NCBI RefSeq assembly: GCF_963921235.1
Contig: NC_086097.1
Span: 200,138,001-200,202,000 of the forward strand
Direction: 5' to 3'
Source: Mobula hypostoma
Taxonomy: Eukaryota
Length of the DNA stretch: 64,000 bases
The notes under the pieces are model-generated. The model ran no database searches and was not told the DNA's origin. It saw nothing but the letters and a program-made list of their open reading frames with translations. Of this stretch, positions 13,050 through 26,090 are shown piece after piece. Made by a program: the position numbers and the translations under genes. Numbering within the stretch: position 1 is the first letter of the stretch; the number at the start of each line of letters is the position of its first letter.

Positions 13050-14840
13050 ATGTCCTAAGGGGCCATTACGGGGAATAGAAGTCGTCGGGGGGCAGTAAGA
13101 GGCACCTTAACTTCAGGCAAGAGACATGGCCAACCGTGAGTAGAGTAGGCCCTGGAACACATTAAGAACCATAACTCAGCAGGCGGTGAACACTCGTGGT
13201 CACACACACCTGAAACTCAGCAATCTCATCCAACCTTACCAACCAAACAGACATTATTAGGGATGCATAAGTTAGCGACCAGGGTGCCCAACAGTTTCGT
13301 GACACGGCTCAAGATCATGCAATTTAACAGTTGGTAAGCTAAGTAGACCCTCTGAGCTTTGTCCACAGATCTACAGAAAACAGGACACACAGTGATATAG
13401 TGCTGGCCAGAACCAAAAGGTGAAGTCTACTTCAGCCAATCAATGAACCTGCAGACCCTGGGGATTCCTCTTGAGATGTTCAAAGCAACTTGGCTTCATA
13501 TGTGTGGTTTTAGGGGAAGTACTGCATGATAGGCGATAGGTCAAGAACTACCTTTGAAGATTATAAGACCTTAAGTGATTGGTCAATCGCACTAACTAGA
13601 ATAGTATAAAGGTAGCTTGCTGAACACCAGCTCTATCCCAACTACCATTCAGATTCTAGTCTGAATCCTTGTCAACGTAGCTTTCGCTGTTGTGATTGTC
13701 TTTGCCTTGCTGTTCCTTTGTGTGCTGCTTCTATCATTCTATCCATCTCAACTCACTGGCATTGTCACCATCTGATAGGCATTCCCAGTTTGCATTAATT
13801 TTTTATTTTAATTTAGTCCCATTAATGAAGGATAAATATGCCTGGCATGATCTCTATGAGTCTGAAGGCAGTGAAGCCTTGAATTCTAATCCTGCTAAGA
13901 AACAGGAACTACAGAGAATGTGTCAATACACTGTTACATACCTGGAGTATGGTTTTATTCCATTCCCATCAGATCAGCAATCCTCCATTTGTCTTATTTA
14001 TAATATTATACTGTCTAATGAAGCCATGAAACCATCAAGATTGCAGGAACACTTCCTTAAAAGACACCCTGAAAAGGCTACCTATGGTTCCAGAGGATGA
14101 AAGAAACATTTGAAAAGTGTTGCACGCTCGAGTCATTTGCCAAGAAAGCTAAAAATGACCTTGATAGGATTTGAATGATCTGAAAATTCCAGAATAGGTA
14201 TTAACCTGCTTCTTTGCGAGATGAAAGAACAGGAAGAGAGCTTGCAAGAAGAAATTGTCGAAATTCAGAATGATGAAGAAGCAAAGGTGCTTTCTAAAAA
14301 TGTTTGCTTTTGTGGTATGTGGCTACACTACACAAAGCTTCCTGATCTTTGGAGAAGAGCCAAACTGTTCTTCATTGCATTTCCATCCTCCTACCTTGTT
14401 GAAAGAGGCTTTAGTGCAGTGAACCATATACTCAAAAACATACAAAACCAGAAACTGCTTGGACATTGTTACGTGTGGGGACTTAAGGCTTTTACTGTCA
14501 CAACTTGAATCAGACATTTCAACTCTTGCTAAGAACCATAAAGCTCAAGGATCACATTGATATCGGAGCTGCTGTACAATGCACAGGTACAGTGCAAGCT
14601 AGGTTTAAAGACAAATAAAAATTTAAGCAGAATAATTTTTCTCATGTTAGCATATGGTAGACATGTTTTTACACTATGGGGGTGCCAGAGTGTATATTCT
14701 GCCTTAGAGGGGTGTTGACAAGTATGAAGTTGCTTTAGGGGGGGCATTGGAAAATATCAAGGTCCTTTAGTGGGGTGTTGGAAAATACGCAAGAGCTTTG
14801 TGGGGGGGGGCGTTGGGCTACAAATGGTTGGGAATCACTG
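13050..14840 (+). mobile_element. Internally deleted hAT (Buster-type) DNA transposon
   Basis: BED-finger remnant YLEYGF...CLI..ILSNEAMKPSRLQEHFLKRHP (ORF 13696..14100); hAT dimerisation motif FPSSYLVERGFSAV (14221..14508); right TIR GGTTGGGAATCACTG ends at 14840. Left end approximate. Confidence 0.85.
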
Positions 14841-14859
14841 AGACTGATTCTTCAAAGGG

Positions 14860-15240
14860 TGGCTGTCAGTCGAAGTGGCACCCTCACCAGAGTGGAAAGG
14901 TGGCACATTTCTGTCCCATAAACACTCAGCTAACAATCTAGCACAGTGCTAATAGGCTGCTGCGCCATTAGATGTCCTGGCTGTTAACTGAAGTGTTAAA
15001 CCATAATCCTATTAAAAATACATAAAATTTCCCATGATAAAATCCCATGTTTAGATCGGCATGCATCTCTCAAGCAACAGGTGCTGAGTCATTGTTGTGT
15101 GTGGGAGGGCCCCATTTAGTTTGTGGCTTTCCTACAACATCACAGAGACAACACTTCAAATGTAATAATTGGCTGGAATGCACTTTGGGAAATTTATGGC
15201 CGTGAACAGCACTGTGTAAAGGGATATTCTCATTCTTTCT
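14860..15240 (+). mobile_element. Old DeuSINE (SacSINE1-like) remnant
   Basis: Tail resembling ACACTTCAAA...ATTGGCTG.AA.GCACTTTGGGA; recognised from memory, heavily diverged. Confidence 0.5.
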
Positions 15241-15409
15241 ATTTTGTTATGCTGATACCTTTTGCCATGGAAAGTGGGAAATGTAGCCCAGACTCCATAT
15301 CCAGCATTGCCTGGTGATGGCTTAAATGGAATGGCAGAAACCTAGAAGGCGGCTTCAGTGCGTTCATGGAATGGGTGGGGTGAAGTTGATCAACCAGTGA
15401 ATTAAGAAC

Positions 15410-15684
15410 AACAAAGGTAAATGAGGGAAATTACTTTAGTCAGAGGGTGGCAAATCTGTGGAATTTGTTGCCACGAGTGGCTGTGAAGGCCATGTCATTG
15501 GGTGTATTTAAGGCAGAGATAGATAGGTTCTTGATTAGCCAGGGCATCAAAGGGTATGGGGTGAAGGCAGGGGAGTGGGAATGACTGGAAGAATTGGATC
15601 AGCCCATGATTGAATGGCAGAGCAGTCTTGATGGGCCAGATGGCCTACTTCTGCTCCTATATCTTATGGTCTTAAGGTCTTATG
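15410..15684 (+). mobile_element. CR1 3' end
   Basis: FSQRV.NLWN-type coding end, CR1 3' UTR, (TCTTATGG)n tail. Confidence 0.85.
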
Positions 15685-15962
15685 GAAATTCCAACTGGGC
15701 CTTTATCTGCCTTCAATCTGTGACCATTTACCATGTGGCTGGTTAGAGATGTGTAGAGAACTAAATTTCTCTGTAGTTAACAGCCAGCAAGATCCTGGAT
15801 ATATTCTGAAAAAGAATATTCCCAACTCTGATCTCGTTTCATTCCATGTGATTTTTGGATTGTTATAATTATTCATTACCTCATTCCCTTTTGCTCCCAC
15901 CTACCTCTCTAACCTTACTCCATTCCATCCACTCAACACTTCCTCCATCATCACACAAGGCA

Positions 15963-15964
<2 letters not shown>

Positions 15965-16002
<38 letters not shown>
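15965..16002. repeat. (TC)n microsatellite, about 19 units
   Basis: Read directly. Confidence 0.95.
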
Positions 16003-16008
<6 letters not shown>

Positions 16009-17611
16009 CAACTCCAGAATAAAGAAAAGCTTATGGTGTTATTCAATGAGTTACAATTCAAAATAGGGAGAAGCTGTTGAAGATGGGTTTGGAGGGGTTT
16101 ACTGGCCAATCTGCATTTGTTTTTGAAATGTTTTTCTGGTTTGCTGCCAATAGCCAATGTGTTTTAGCAGTAAGACCCACAATATTTGAGGGTTTGCGGC
16201 GATGAAGGAGAGGATCATGAAGTGTGCAAGAGAGAAAGTGGTTCAGACTTGAAGGGGCACACGAAGACCAGGCTCAGATGCTTACTCACAGCAGAACTGG
16301 ATGGTAGATCTTGGCTCTTTATGGTTCTTTCCTCCATTTTATCTGGACAGCCTGGAATTAGGTGTGAACTGAAGACCTGAGTCAAAGTGGCACTCAGAAT
16401 AAGGATGATTATTTGTGTTAAGGTGAATATGGTGGTCAGACATTGGGTGTGGCAAAAAGTATCCCTGGAGTTTAGGTATACAAGTGAAGAACATTGTGGG
16501 TCTGCAGTGACAATAGCAGTGAGGGAGGCCACAAATGAATGTGGTTTCATGCAGCAGCCAGTGGATGAGATGCTAAGAGATGTTTTAGGGGAAGCACTGC
16601 ATGATGGGTGACAGGCCTGGGACAGGAGGGAGGACAAGTTTGGAGATGATGGTGATGGTGAACACTGGGTTGTATGGTGGTGCCAGGAAGTGGAAGTGAA
16701 ATAGAGGTCAGTGTAAATGATAGATATGAATGGTCTGATATGGGTGTGAAATCAGTAGAGACTTGAAATCTTGTGGTCTCCTAATCAGAGTGGGGGCCAT
16801 GGCATTGCAGTGACAGTATCAGAAATAGCTAGCCTTATCCACTCGTCTCACACACACAGAGGGATTGTGTCCTCAGTTAACCTGTTCCACCTACCTCCAG
16901 TATTTGAAACAAGCATATTCCTGTTCTGCTGCTTAGCATACCTATCAGATTTTGTGGTTAAAATAAACCACCAATCCTTTCCTAATCTATCCTTCCATGG
17001 TCAAAATTCATCTGAGTTTCACACACGCTCAGCCATATAAACTCAATCTGATTCTCTTCTGAAAAATTTGAACTGTCTGTTCGAATATAAAGACAATCAA
17101 AATATATATTGCTTCTTTTTTACGAATAATATTTCTTGGAATCCATTTAGCAACTAGATACTTAAACTCAATCTGAGTTCTAATTTTGGAGGATTTTGAA
17201 TGAAAAGTCTCTGCACCATAAGCTTTCTTTATCCTGGCTTATTTTTCTCTCATGATTTATCTAAATCTTCTCTTGCCTCCATAGTCTTAAATCTAAACTT
17301 TCACAGGCCTTTTCCACACTAAATTAAATGCTTTTTTATGGCATAAAATGCATTTACTACTAAGGTCTTAAATATCATTTTTGCTCAAGTAAAAACCTTT
17401 GAGATGGCTTTTCCTTGTCCTAAGCCAGCACAGTATAATAGCTGAGGAAACTGAAACTGCTTCAGTTAAACTTAATTGATATCTACCAATGAAAGTGGAC
17501 CTTTAAAGTCCCATGGCATTATTCAAAGAGTTGTAGTGGTCAAGATTCCTCTCTCAAATTTCTAATTGGTCATTTATTAAATTACCAAAAATGTAGGGTG
17601 GCTGCTTAGAT

Positions 17612-18803
17612 CAGACATCCCACCTCTCTTGGAAGTTCTGGGAGTCTCCCGCATATCAATAGTGGCTCCCTGTCGCCCGGAAATTATGTACAATATCCTG
17701 GAAATAGATTTTTTGAGAGGGGGAGGGAGAGGGAGAGTGAGCATCCAGATTGGTCTCTCTTTGTGCTGAGAATGGTCCCCAAGCACTGGGCCGCGAGCAA
17801 ACGATATGATTTGGTGATACGAGTCAGCTGCACCTTTCCTCATTCCCTGTCACGCCCAGTGTTGGACTTGAACGCACGCGAGGTCATTACCCACACGTCA
17901 TCTATGTCAGCGCGGGAAGGAGATCAACTCCTCGAGCTTGCAAATGACAGTGGGCTGAAAAGTATGATTGACATAACAGCTCTGCCAGCATTCTGGATCA
18001 AAGTCAAGGCTGAATATCCTGAGATAGCCACGAAAGCACTGAAAACATTGCTTCCATTTCCAACATATCTCTGCAATGAATGCAACAAAAACTAAATTGC
18101 AGAATAGACTGGACATAAGGAACCCCCTTCGAGTATCGCTGTCTCCCATCACCCCTCAATAGGACCGTCTTGTTGCAGGGAAACAAGCCCAGGGCTCCCA
18201 CTGATTCAGCGATATTGGTGTGTTGCAATAATTTTATATGTTCATACGGGGAAAATATGTGCTGCGTGTTTAATATCCAAACGTTACTTAAAATGTTATG
18301 ATGCTATTGCCTTATAATTAACTTATCACTATATTCATGCGAGGGAAATATGCGCTGTGTGTTTAATATTAAATTCATTAGATAAACCCTTTTAGAAATG
18401 AAATTGAGTGTATTAGCCACTTAATATAAGTGACTCATAGTTGACTTATCACCTATATTCCGGTCTTAACAATGCACTCCACCCCCCCCCCCCCGTCAGC
18501 CGGTCCGCAAGAAACAGTGCAAAAAAGGGTTGGGGACCCCTATCCTTCGTGATGAGGCCAAACTCCCTGTAGACTTGCTTAAAGTTGTAATAGAATAACC
18601 ATGATAATATAATATAATGTAAGTACATGTTTTAATGTCGTATTTTCTGCATATACCCAACTTGGTTTACAGATTAGAGAAAGTACCTAAACAAAGTATT
18701 ACATACACCCTTGGAGGTTGACCAGGGGGTGGGGGGGATATGGGGTTGCAGGGGATGGGGGTGCTACCTCTCTGAAATGAGTTTTTGCAGGGTGGGATGT
18801 CTG
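17612..18803 (+). mobile_element. Composite non-autonomous DNA transposon, copy 1: outer element (TIR CAGACATCCCACC) carrying an inner Buster/Charlie-type hAT derivative (about 17770-18541)
   Basis: Perfect 13-bp TIRs; TTAGAT on both flanks; the inner element has ..GGTCCCCAA ends and transposase C-terminus ELANDSGLKSM...AFWIKVKAEYPEIA...AGKQAQGSH*. Confidence 0.88.
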
Positions 18804-21179
18804 TTAGATAATAATAGTAGCAATATGTTAGAATAAATTGGAGGTGAGTATTTTCTGGCATATTATACCGGATTTTGGGTCCAGCAGCAACTGAACACCA
18901 ATAGCCCTCAATAAGGTTATAAGACTATAAGATGTAGGAGCAGAATTAGGCCATTTGCCCCATCGAGTCTGCTCGACCATTTCACCATGGCTGATCTAAT
19001 TTTCCTCTCAGCTCCAATCTCCTGTGTTCTCCCTGTATCCCTGCATGCCTTGACCAATCAAGAATTTGTCAACTTCTGTCTTAAATATACATAAATACTT
19101 GGCCTCCACAGCTACCCGTGGCAAAGAATTATACAGATTCACCACCCTCTTCCTTATCTCCATTCTAAAAAGATGCGCCCTATTCTGAGGCTGTGGCCTC
19201 TGGTCTTAGACACTCCTAACATAGGAAACATCCTCTCCACACCCACTCTATCAAGGCTTTCACCATTCAATAGGTTTCACTGAGGTCACCCCACGTTTTC
19301 CGAATTCTATTGCACACAGACCCAGAGCCATCAGACCCTCTTCATATGACAAAACATTCATCCTGGAATCATATTTGTGAACTTCCTTTGAACCCTCTAC
19401 AGTTTCAGCACATCCTTTCTTAGATAAGGGGCTCAAACCTGCTCAAAATACTCCAACTGAGACGTCACCAGTGCTTTATAAAATTTCAACATTATATCCT
19501 TGCTTTTCTATTCTAGCTCTTGAAATGAATGCTAACATTGCATTTGCCTTTCTCACCACAGACTCAACTTGCAAATTAACCTGACAGAATAATGCACAAG
19601 GACTCCCAAGTCCCATTGCGTCTCAGTTTTTTGTATACTCTCTCCATTTAGAAAATAGTCAACCCTTTCATTTCTTCTACCAAAGTGCATGACCAGACAC
19701 ATCACAAAACTATATTCCATCCGCCATTTCTTTGCCCATTCTCTGAATCTGTCTGTCTTAGTGGCCTCTTTACTTCCTCATAACTACCAGCACCCCCCCC
19801 CACCTATCTTCATATCATCTGCCAACTTCGCAACAAAACCATCAATTCCATCATCCAAATCATTGACATAAAACATAAAAAGAATTGGTCTGAACACAGA
19901 CCTCTGTGGAACACCACTAGTCATCTGCAGCCAGCCAAAAAAGTCTCCCTTTATTCCCACCCTCTGCCTCCTGCCAATCAGCCACTGCTTTATCCATGCT
20001 GGAATCTTTCCTGTAATACCATGGGCTTGTAGCTTGTTAAGCAGTCTCATTTGTGGCATCTTGTCAAAGGCCTTCTGAAAATCCAATCATACAACATCAA
20101 CTGAATCTCCTTTGTCTATCCTGCTTGTTACTTTTTCAAATAATTCCAACAGAATTGGTCAGGCAATATCTTCTCTTGAGGAAACCATGCTGACTACAGC
20201 CTGTTTTATTATGTGCTGCCAAGTACCCTGGGACCTTATCCTTAAGAATTGACTCCAACATCTTATCTATCACTGAGGTCAGACTAACTAGCCTATAATT
20301 TCCTCTCCTCTGCTTCTCTCCCTTCTTGAAGAGTGGAGTGACATTTGTAATTTTCCCTTCTTCTGGATCCATTCCAGAATCTAGTGATTCTTGAAAGGTC
20401 ATTACTAATGCCTCCACCATCTCTTTAGCTACCTCATTCCGAACTCTGGGCTGTACACCATCTGGTCTAGGTGACTTATCTACCTTCAGACCTTTCAGTT
20501 TCCTAAGAACCTTCTTCTTGTTATGGTAACTTCACACATTTCATGCCCCCTGACACCTGGAACATTCACCGTACTGCTCGTGTCTTCCTCAGTAAAGACT
20601 GATGGAAGATGCTTATTCCGTTCATCCTCTGTTTCATTGTTCCCCCATTACTACCTCTCCAGCATCATTTTTCAGCAGCCCAATGTCCATTCTCACCTCT
20701 CTTTTATGCTTTATGTACCCGAAGAAACTTTTGGTATCCTCTTTCATGTTCTTGGCTAGCTTATTTTCATCTTTATTTCATCTTTACCTTCTTAATGACT
20801 TTTTTTGCTTGCGGTCTGTCAGTCTTTAAAAGCCTCCCAGTCCTCTAACTTCCAACTAATCTTTGCTGTATTATATGCCCTCTCTTTGGCCTTTATGTTG
20901 GCTTTGACTTCCCTTGTTAGCCATGCTTGTGCCATCTTGCACTTAGAATACTTCTTCCTCTTTGGGATGTATATATACTGTGCTTTCCGAAATACTTCCT
21001 GAAGTTCCAGACATTACTGCATTGCCGTCATCCCTGCTAGTTCTCAACTCTGGTCAACTCTTCTCTCCAGCCTCTGTAATTCCCTTTACTCCACTGTAAT
21101 ACTGATACATCTGACTTCAGTTTTCCCTTCTCAAATTTCAGAGTGAATTCGATCATATTATGATCATTTGCCCCTAAGG

Positions 21180-22517
21180 CAAGGGTCACCAACCTTTATG
21201 GAAACACCGCGGACCGGTTTAATATTGACAGTATTCTTGCGGACCAGCTGACGTGTGGGGTGTTAATCACGACTGGAATATAGGTGATAAGTCAATCCTA
21301 AGTCACTTATCAGTGGCTAATAGACTCAATTTTGTTTCTAAAAGGGTTTATCTAACAAATTTAATATTAAACACACAGCACATATTTTCCTCGCATGATT
21401 ATAGTGATAAGTCAATTATAAGTCATAGAGGGGTTCCTTGTGTCCAGTCTATTCCGCAATTTAGTTTTCGTTGCATTCATTGCAGAAAACTCTGCTTCAC
21501 AGAGATATGGTATTGGAAATGGAAGCAACGTTTTCAGTGCTTTCGTGGCTAAATCAAGATATTCAGTCTTGATCCAGAATGCCGGCAGAGATGTTATGTC
21601 AAACATACTTATCAGCCCACCGTCATTTGCAAGCTCGAGGAGTTGATCTTCTTCCCGCGCTGACATGGATGATTCACCGGGGACCCATTCCTTTGCACGT
21701 CTTGGGTCATTTGCTGTTGGGAAGTAACGCTCGAATTCTGTTGACAGTGAAGATAGGCGTTCGCGCACCAGCTATGAGCCTCAGTCTCTCCCAAATTCCC
21801 AGCTAATGTTAGGAACATGTCAAATATGCCCCTATCCACTAGCCGTCCCCACAGTTCCAGTTTGGCTGTGAAATCAGACACTTTATCTGCCAACTTGAAG
21901 ACAGTTGTCATTCTCCCCTGAAGTGACAAATTGAGTTCATTGAGCAGGTTGAAGATGTCACACAGATAAGCGAGTTTTGATATCCACTCCTCGTGACTGA
22001 AGTGTTCAGCCATTGGTGACTTTTTTCCTGAAAAAATCTCTGTAGCTGCTCTCTTAACTCAAAAACCCTGGCCAGGGCTCTCCCCCTTGATAGCCACCTA
22101 ACTTCAGTGTGTAAGAGAAGGCTTTTGTGCTCTGCATCCATTTCCTTGCAAAGCTGCTCAAACAGACGTGAGTTAAGGGTTTTTGCTTTGATGTGATTGA
22201 TAACATCAACAATGTCACTCAATACACTGCTTTTTGGCTATCCAGCATTTCCCTGTGTGTGACACAGTACGTAGACTGGCATTCAGGAGCAACCCCTTTG
22301 ACTCGGGTAGTGAAACCAGACTCGTTACGCCGTTCCAACAGCTGTGCTTCGATGTCCTCCGCGATGTCATCGATTCTCCTTGCAACTGCGGTAGCTGAAA
22401 GAGAAACCTGTACCATCTTGTTAGCTGCAGCTTCTCCCAACAGTTCACGGCACATGTCCTTGGCAGCAAGCAGAATCAATGCTTCACCAACAGTGAAAGG
22501 CTTCTTAGCCTTAGCAA
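21180..22517 (-). mobile_element. hAT Buster/Charlie-type transposase remnant (3' half)
   Basis: ORFs 22219..22560, 21908..22222 (LLLHTEVRWLSRG), 21612..22013, 21412..21768 (YLCEAEFS); TIR CAAGGGTCACCAACC at 21180 next to a TA-centred octamer CCCTAAGG; other end deleted. Confidence 0.92.
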
Positions 22518-22612
22518 AATTTCCCCTTCTGTAATCCAGCAACCAATCTGATTTTCCCAACCTACATGCATATTGAAGTCCCCCATGACTTGTAACATTG
22601 CCTTTTTGGCAT

Positions 22613-24974
22613 TGTGACGGGGTCCTGAATTACCCCTGTGAACTGTGCTTTTGAAAAGAGAGAGAGGTATTTAACACCGATATCTGGTTTTGAAAAGAGA
22701 GGGAGAGACGAAGACTAACTTTTGGACTGTCACTTTAAGGCACAAGGAGGAACTGAGAATAACTTTTGGATTTCTGCTGAATTGGAGAGAGAGGGGGCGC
22801 CGAGCAGCTCATAAGTCGTTATGGTGACCGAGGGCGGTGTTATTTGAAGGACAATCGATGTTATGATTTTTTTCGGCAGCATGTTTATACTTCCAAGGAC
22901 ATTTGCCTGCTTATACATTTTTTACACAGACAAAGGAAGCAGGAGTTATTTGAATGACAGTTGGTACTCAGTACAATGAGATAAATAGGAGGTCAGATGA
23001 TGGACCTCAGACACATGTTTTTGGACACTGAATGAGCTTTGTTGTGCCCTCAGAAAAAGTGGGTTTTTGGAGAATCAATCAGGCAGATCGATCAGTGGGT
23101 CTTGCAGTGAAAAAAGGGATTGACCAGTTGGGAGTTGTCCATGTGTCCAACTTTTGCCTCGGTTGATAGCTCCACCACAGAAAAACGGTCCCCTTTGCTG
23201 TGGTCACAGTCGGTGACTTTTAAAGGATTTCAGAGGAGAATGGGAAGATCGACAGGGTCAGCTCATCTCACCCTCTCTCTCTCTCTCCATCACTACTCAA
23301 CTCAACACCACGAACTGAACTGAACTTTACTCATCATCGTAAGACAGTATCTTTTTACCCCTAGACTTGAAGAAGTTTGGTTTTCATATATAGTCCACAC
23401 TTACTTATATATAATCATTGCTAACCTGTTTGATTTATCTACATTTATATTACTGTATTGCGTAGTTACTAATAAATATTATTACTTAATAGCAATACTG
23501 GACTCCAATGTCATGGTCCGGATCAGGATCTCTTTAAATTTACTTTGTTTATATTATGATCCAGACCGTTGACTCCCTGTTTCCCTTTGGTTCCCTGTTT
23601 TCCCGTGTCCCTCGGCCTTGGTGATTAGAGGCAATTTACCCTCAGCTGAACCGGTAGTTTATAGTCTCCGGCTTTCAGCTGTTCGGTGGGGGAGCGTTTG
23701 CAAAGTCACGAAGGTACGGTGTGCCAATGTCATCTGGCCGGAGCAAGCCTAGTCTCTGCCCAAAACCAGTGCCGGTAATTCGCCTTTCCTCACCGGAGCA
23801 ACCCTGTCCAGTTACCTCGCCAAAGCGAGCCTGCAAAGTTTCCTCACCGAGGTGGGTCCGTCAGTTAACCCGCCGGAGGGAATCAAGAACCGCTGTCTAT
23901 TGTTCCCGAGAGCTCGACACTACCCGAAGGCTCCAAGTCAAGTCCTGGCTCCGGCGGCATTCAAGTACCAAGTCAAGTCCTGGCCCTGGCGGCATCCAAG
24001 TACCGAGTCAAGTCCTGGCCCTGGCAGCACCTAGGCACCGAGTCGAGTCAAGTTCCGTCCCTGGCGGCATCCACGTATCGAGTCAAGTCCCGGCCCTGGC
24101 GGCATCCAAGTTCCGAGTCAAGTCCTGGCCTTAGCAGTCTGTGATTCCTGTCCTACCCCCCTGTCTGAATCCCTTCTCTGCCCTTCTCACCTCTAGCCCT
24201 TGTCTGCAGCCCTCACCTGTACTTAGTAGTTCTATCGCCAGACCTAGATAGGTACTGTCTGGTGTTTTTTCGTGTTGGTCTTATCTTGTCCTCGCCTCCG
24301 TGGGGCAAGTCAGGCCATTTTGCCGTTGCCCCGCGGGGGGGTCATGTCTTGTCTTGTCTTGTCCTCACCTCCATGGGGTGTCAGGCCGTCTTGCCGTTGC
24401 CATGCGGGGGGTCATGAGTCCCGGCCCTATGTCCTGTACCCAAGGAGGGGTCCCGGCTCTCTGTTCTGTGTGTGAGTCCTGGCCCTCTGTCCTGTACCCA
24501 AGGAGAGGTCCCGACTCTGTGTTCTGTGTATGTGTCCATGGTTCCAGATACCTGCTCTCCCAAGACCGAAGCTCTGTTTTTCCACGTTCCTCCCCTCCCT
24601 AGCCCATGTCATGTCCATGCCTGGTTCTGGGGTCCGAGCCCGAGGCAAGACCCAGGTACTGGGTCCTTGCCCAGTCCCTGGATCGGAGTCCGTACTGTAG
24701 CCTCTTCATGTCGCCTCTAGTTTTGGGATCCGATTCCGAGTCCTAGTCCAGACCCTTAATCCCAGCCTAATCATAGTCCTGAGTCCTTGTCCAATTCGCT
24801 ATTCCTGCTCCTGCCTTGCTCTCCTGGTATCGAACAACAAACTAAATTTAATTAACCTCACAAGATGTGTCTTGCATTTGGGTCCACCCTTGCTCCCAAT
24901 GCCGGCCCCCATTGTGACATCCAAAGTGCTTTCCATCTCTGCTGGTTCTTTAACCCGTCACGGGGTACGTAACA
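22613..24974 (+). mobile_element. Solo LTR related to the LTRs of the Gmr1-like element, interrupted by a second LTR
   Basis: TGTGAC...GTAACA ends; 4-bp TSD GCAT (22609-22612 and 24975-24978); aligns by eye to 35396-36307. Confidence 0.92.
23509..24919 (+). mobile_element. Nested solo LTR of a different (probably Gypsy) family, 1411 bp, with internal tandem repeats
   Basis: TGTCA...TGACA termini; 5-bp TSD TCCAA (23504-23508 and 24920-24924); GC-rich. Strand is inferred. Confidence 0.85.
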
Positions 24975-25499
24975 GCATGCATTTTTTATCTCCCGTTGTA
25001 ACCTGTAGGTAACATACTTACTACTGTTTGGGGGTCTGTATACTACTCCAAGCAGGGTCTTTTTACCCTTGCAGTTTCTTAGCTCTATCCACAATGATTC
25101 AACACCTTCCGAGTCTATGGCACCACTTTCCAATGATTCAACACCTTCCGAGTCTATGGCACCACTTTCTAATGATTCATGTAATACTTGCACACATACG
25201 TTAATCAAAAACCTTGTGAGAGATTTTGCTCTAGAGATTCTTACCATCCATTCAATGGCAAAGTACAAATCTGTCTACAAAGCATCTGGAATTTGTATGA
25301 ACTGCACATCACCTTAACCAATCATAATAAGTGAATTCCACAATCCAACCAATCATAAAACAAGAAACAGTTGCTGGGCATCCAGAGTCACACATACAAA
25401 ATGCTGGAGGAACTCAGCAGATCAGGCAGTATCGATGGAAAGAGACAAACAGTCAATGTTTCAGGCTAAGACCCTTTATCATGAAATGTTGACTGTTTA

Positions 25500-26090
25500 T
25501 TCAAAGATCTAATTATATTATTGAAGTATATATAGCATATGCAACCTTGAGATTCACCAAGAACCCGTTAAAAAAAGGAAGACCAGCAAACATCTAACGT
25601 GTAGAAAAAAACAATGCAAATAATAAAAGAAAGCAAATAACATTCTGAACTGAAGTTCACGAAAGTAAGTACACAGCCACAAAACCAGTTGCAAGTGATC
25701 CAAGAGCCTGCTAGTTACAGGCCACAACCTCAGTTCAGCACAGAAATTAAACCTCGTGTTGCAGCGAGCTGAACATTGGCCCATTCCTTGCCCCCAGACC
25801 CAACACCCTGACTTTTTCAATCTGGTCCAGCATTTAAATTGGCCAAACCTCAGTCTGTTCTTTGCTCTCAGACCCAGGCCTGGGGCCTGACGCCTTGACT
25901 CTGAATTGTCTCAGTCTGCCGCCTCGAATCGGTTCCAGGTCCGCTCCATCAATAGTCAAACATTGGTTCATTCAGCATCCTTGGGCCTGGGCCATGCTGC
26001 CTCGATTTGACGCATTCACACCATGGCACAACCGTCCTGCACCTTCGAGATTTCCATTTACAACACAAAAATGCCAGGTTGCGCCGGTGG
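25500..26090 (-). mobile_element. Non-autonomous retroposon fragment with Rex/L2-type 3' tail
   Basis: Tail and 3' region resemble the element at 42668-43490; no coding capacity. Confidence 0.45.

Larger units (their letters stand above)
18916..25180 (-). mobile_element. CR1 LINE fragmented by later insertions (pieces about 18916-21179, 22518-22612, 24975-25180)
   Basis: RT ORFs 19784..20086 and 20136..20420; EN region (GVVYRPPNS) resumes after each insert; tail TATAAGAC at the left end; 39-bp tandem duplication at 25092-25169. Confidence 0.88.

Noticed and set aside
13696..14508. Domesticated ZBED/SCAND3-like gene
   Set aside because: Catalytic core deleted, BED cysteine mutated, TIR retained: a dead transposon.
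23935..24131. Regularly spaced repeats resembling a CRISPR array
   Set aside because: Head-to-tail minisatellite without unique spacers, no cas genes, eukaryotic context.
23721..24720. Cluster of Pro/Ser-rich ORFs
   Set aside because: By-products of GC-rich tandem repeats in a solo LTR.
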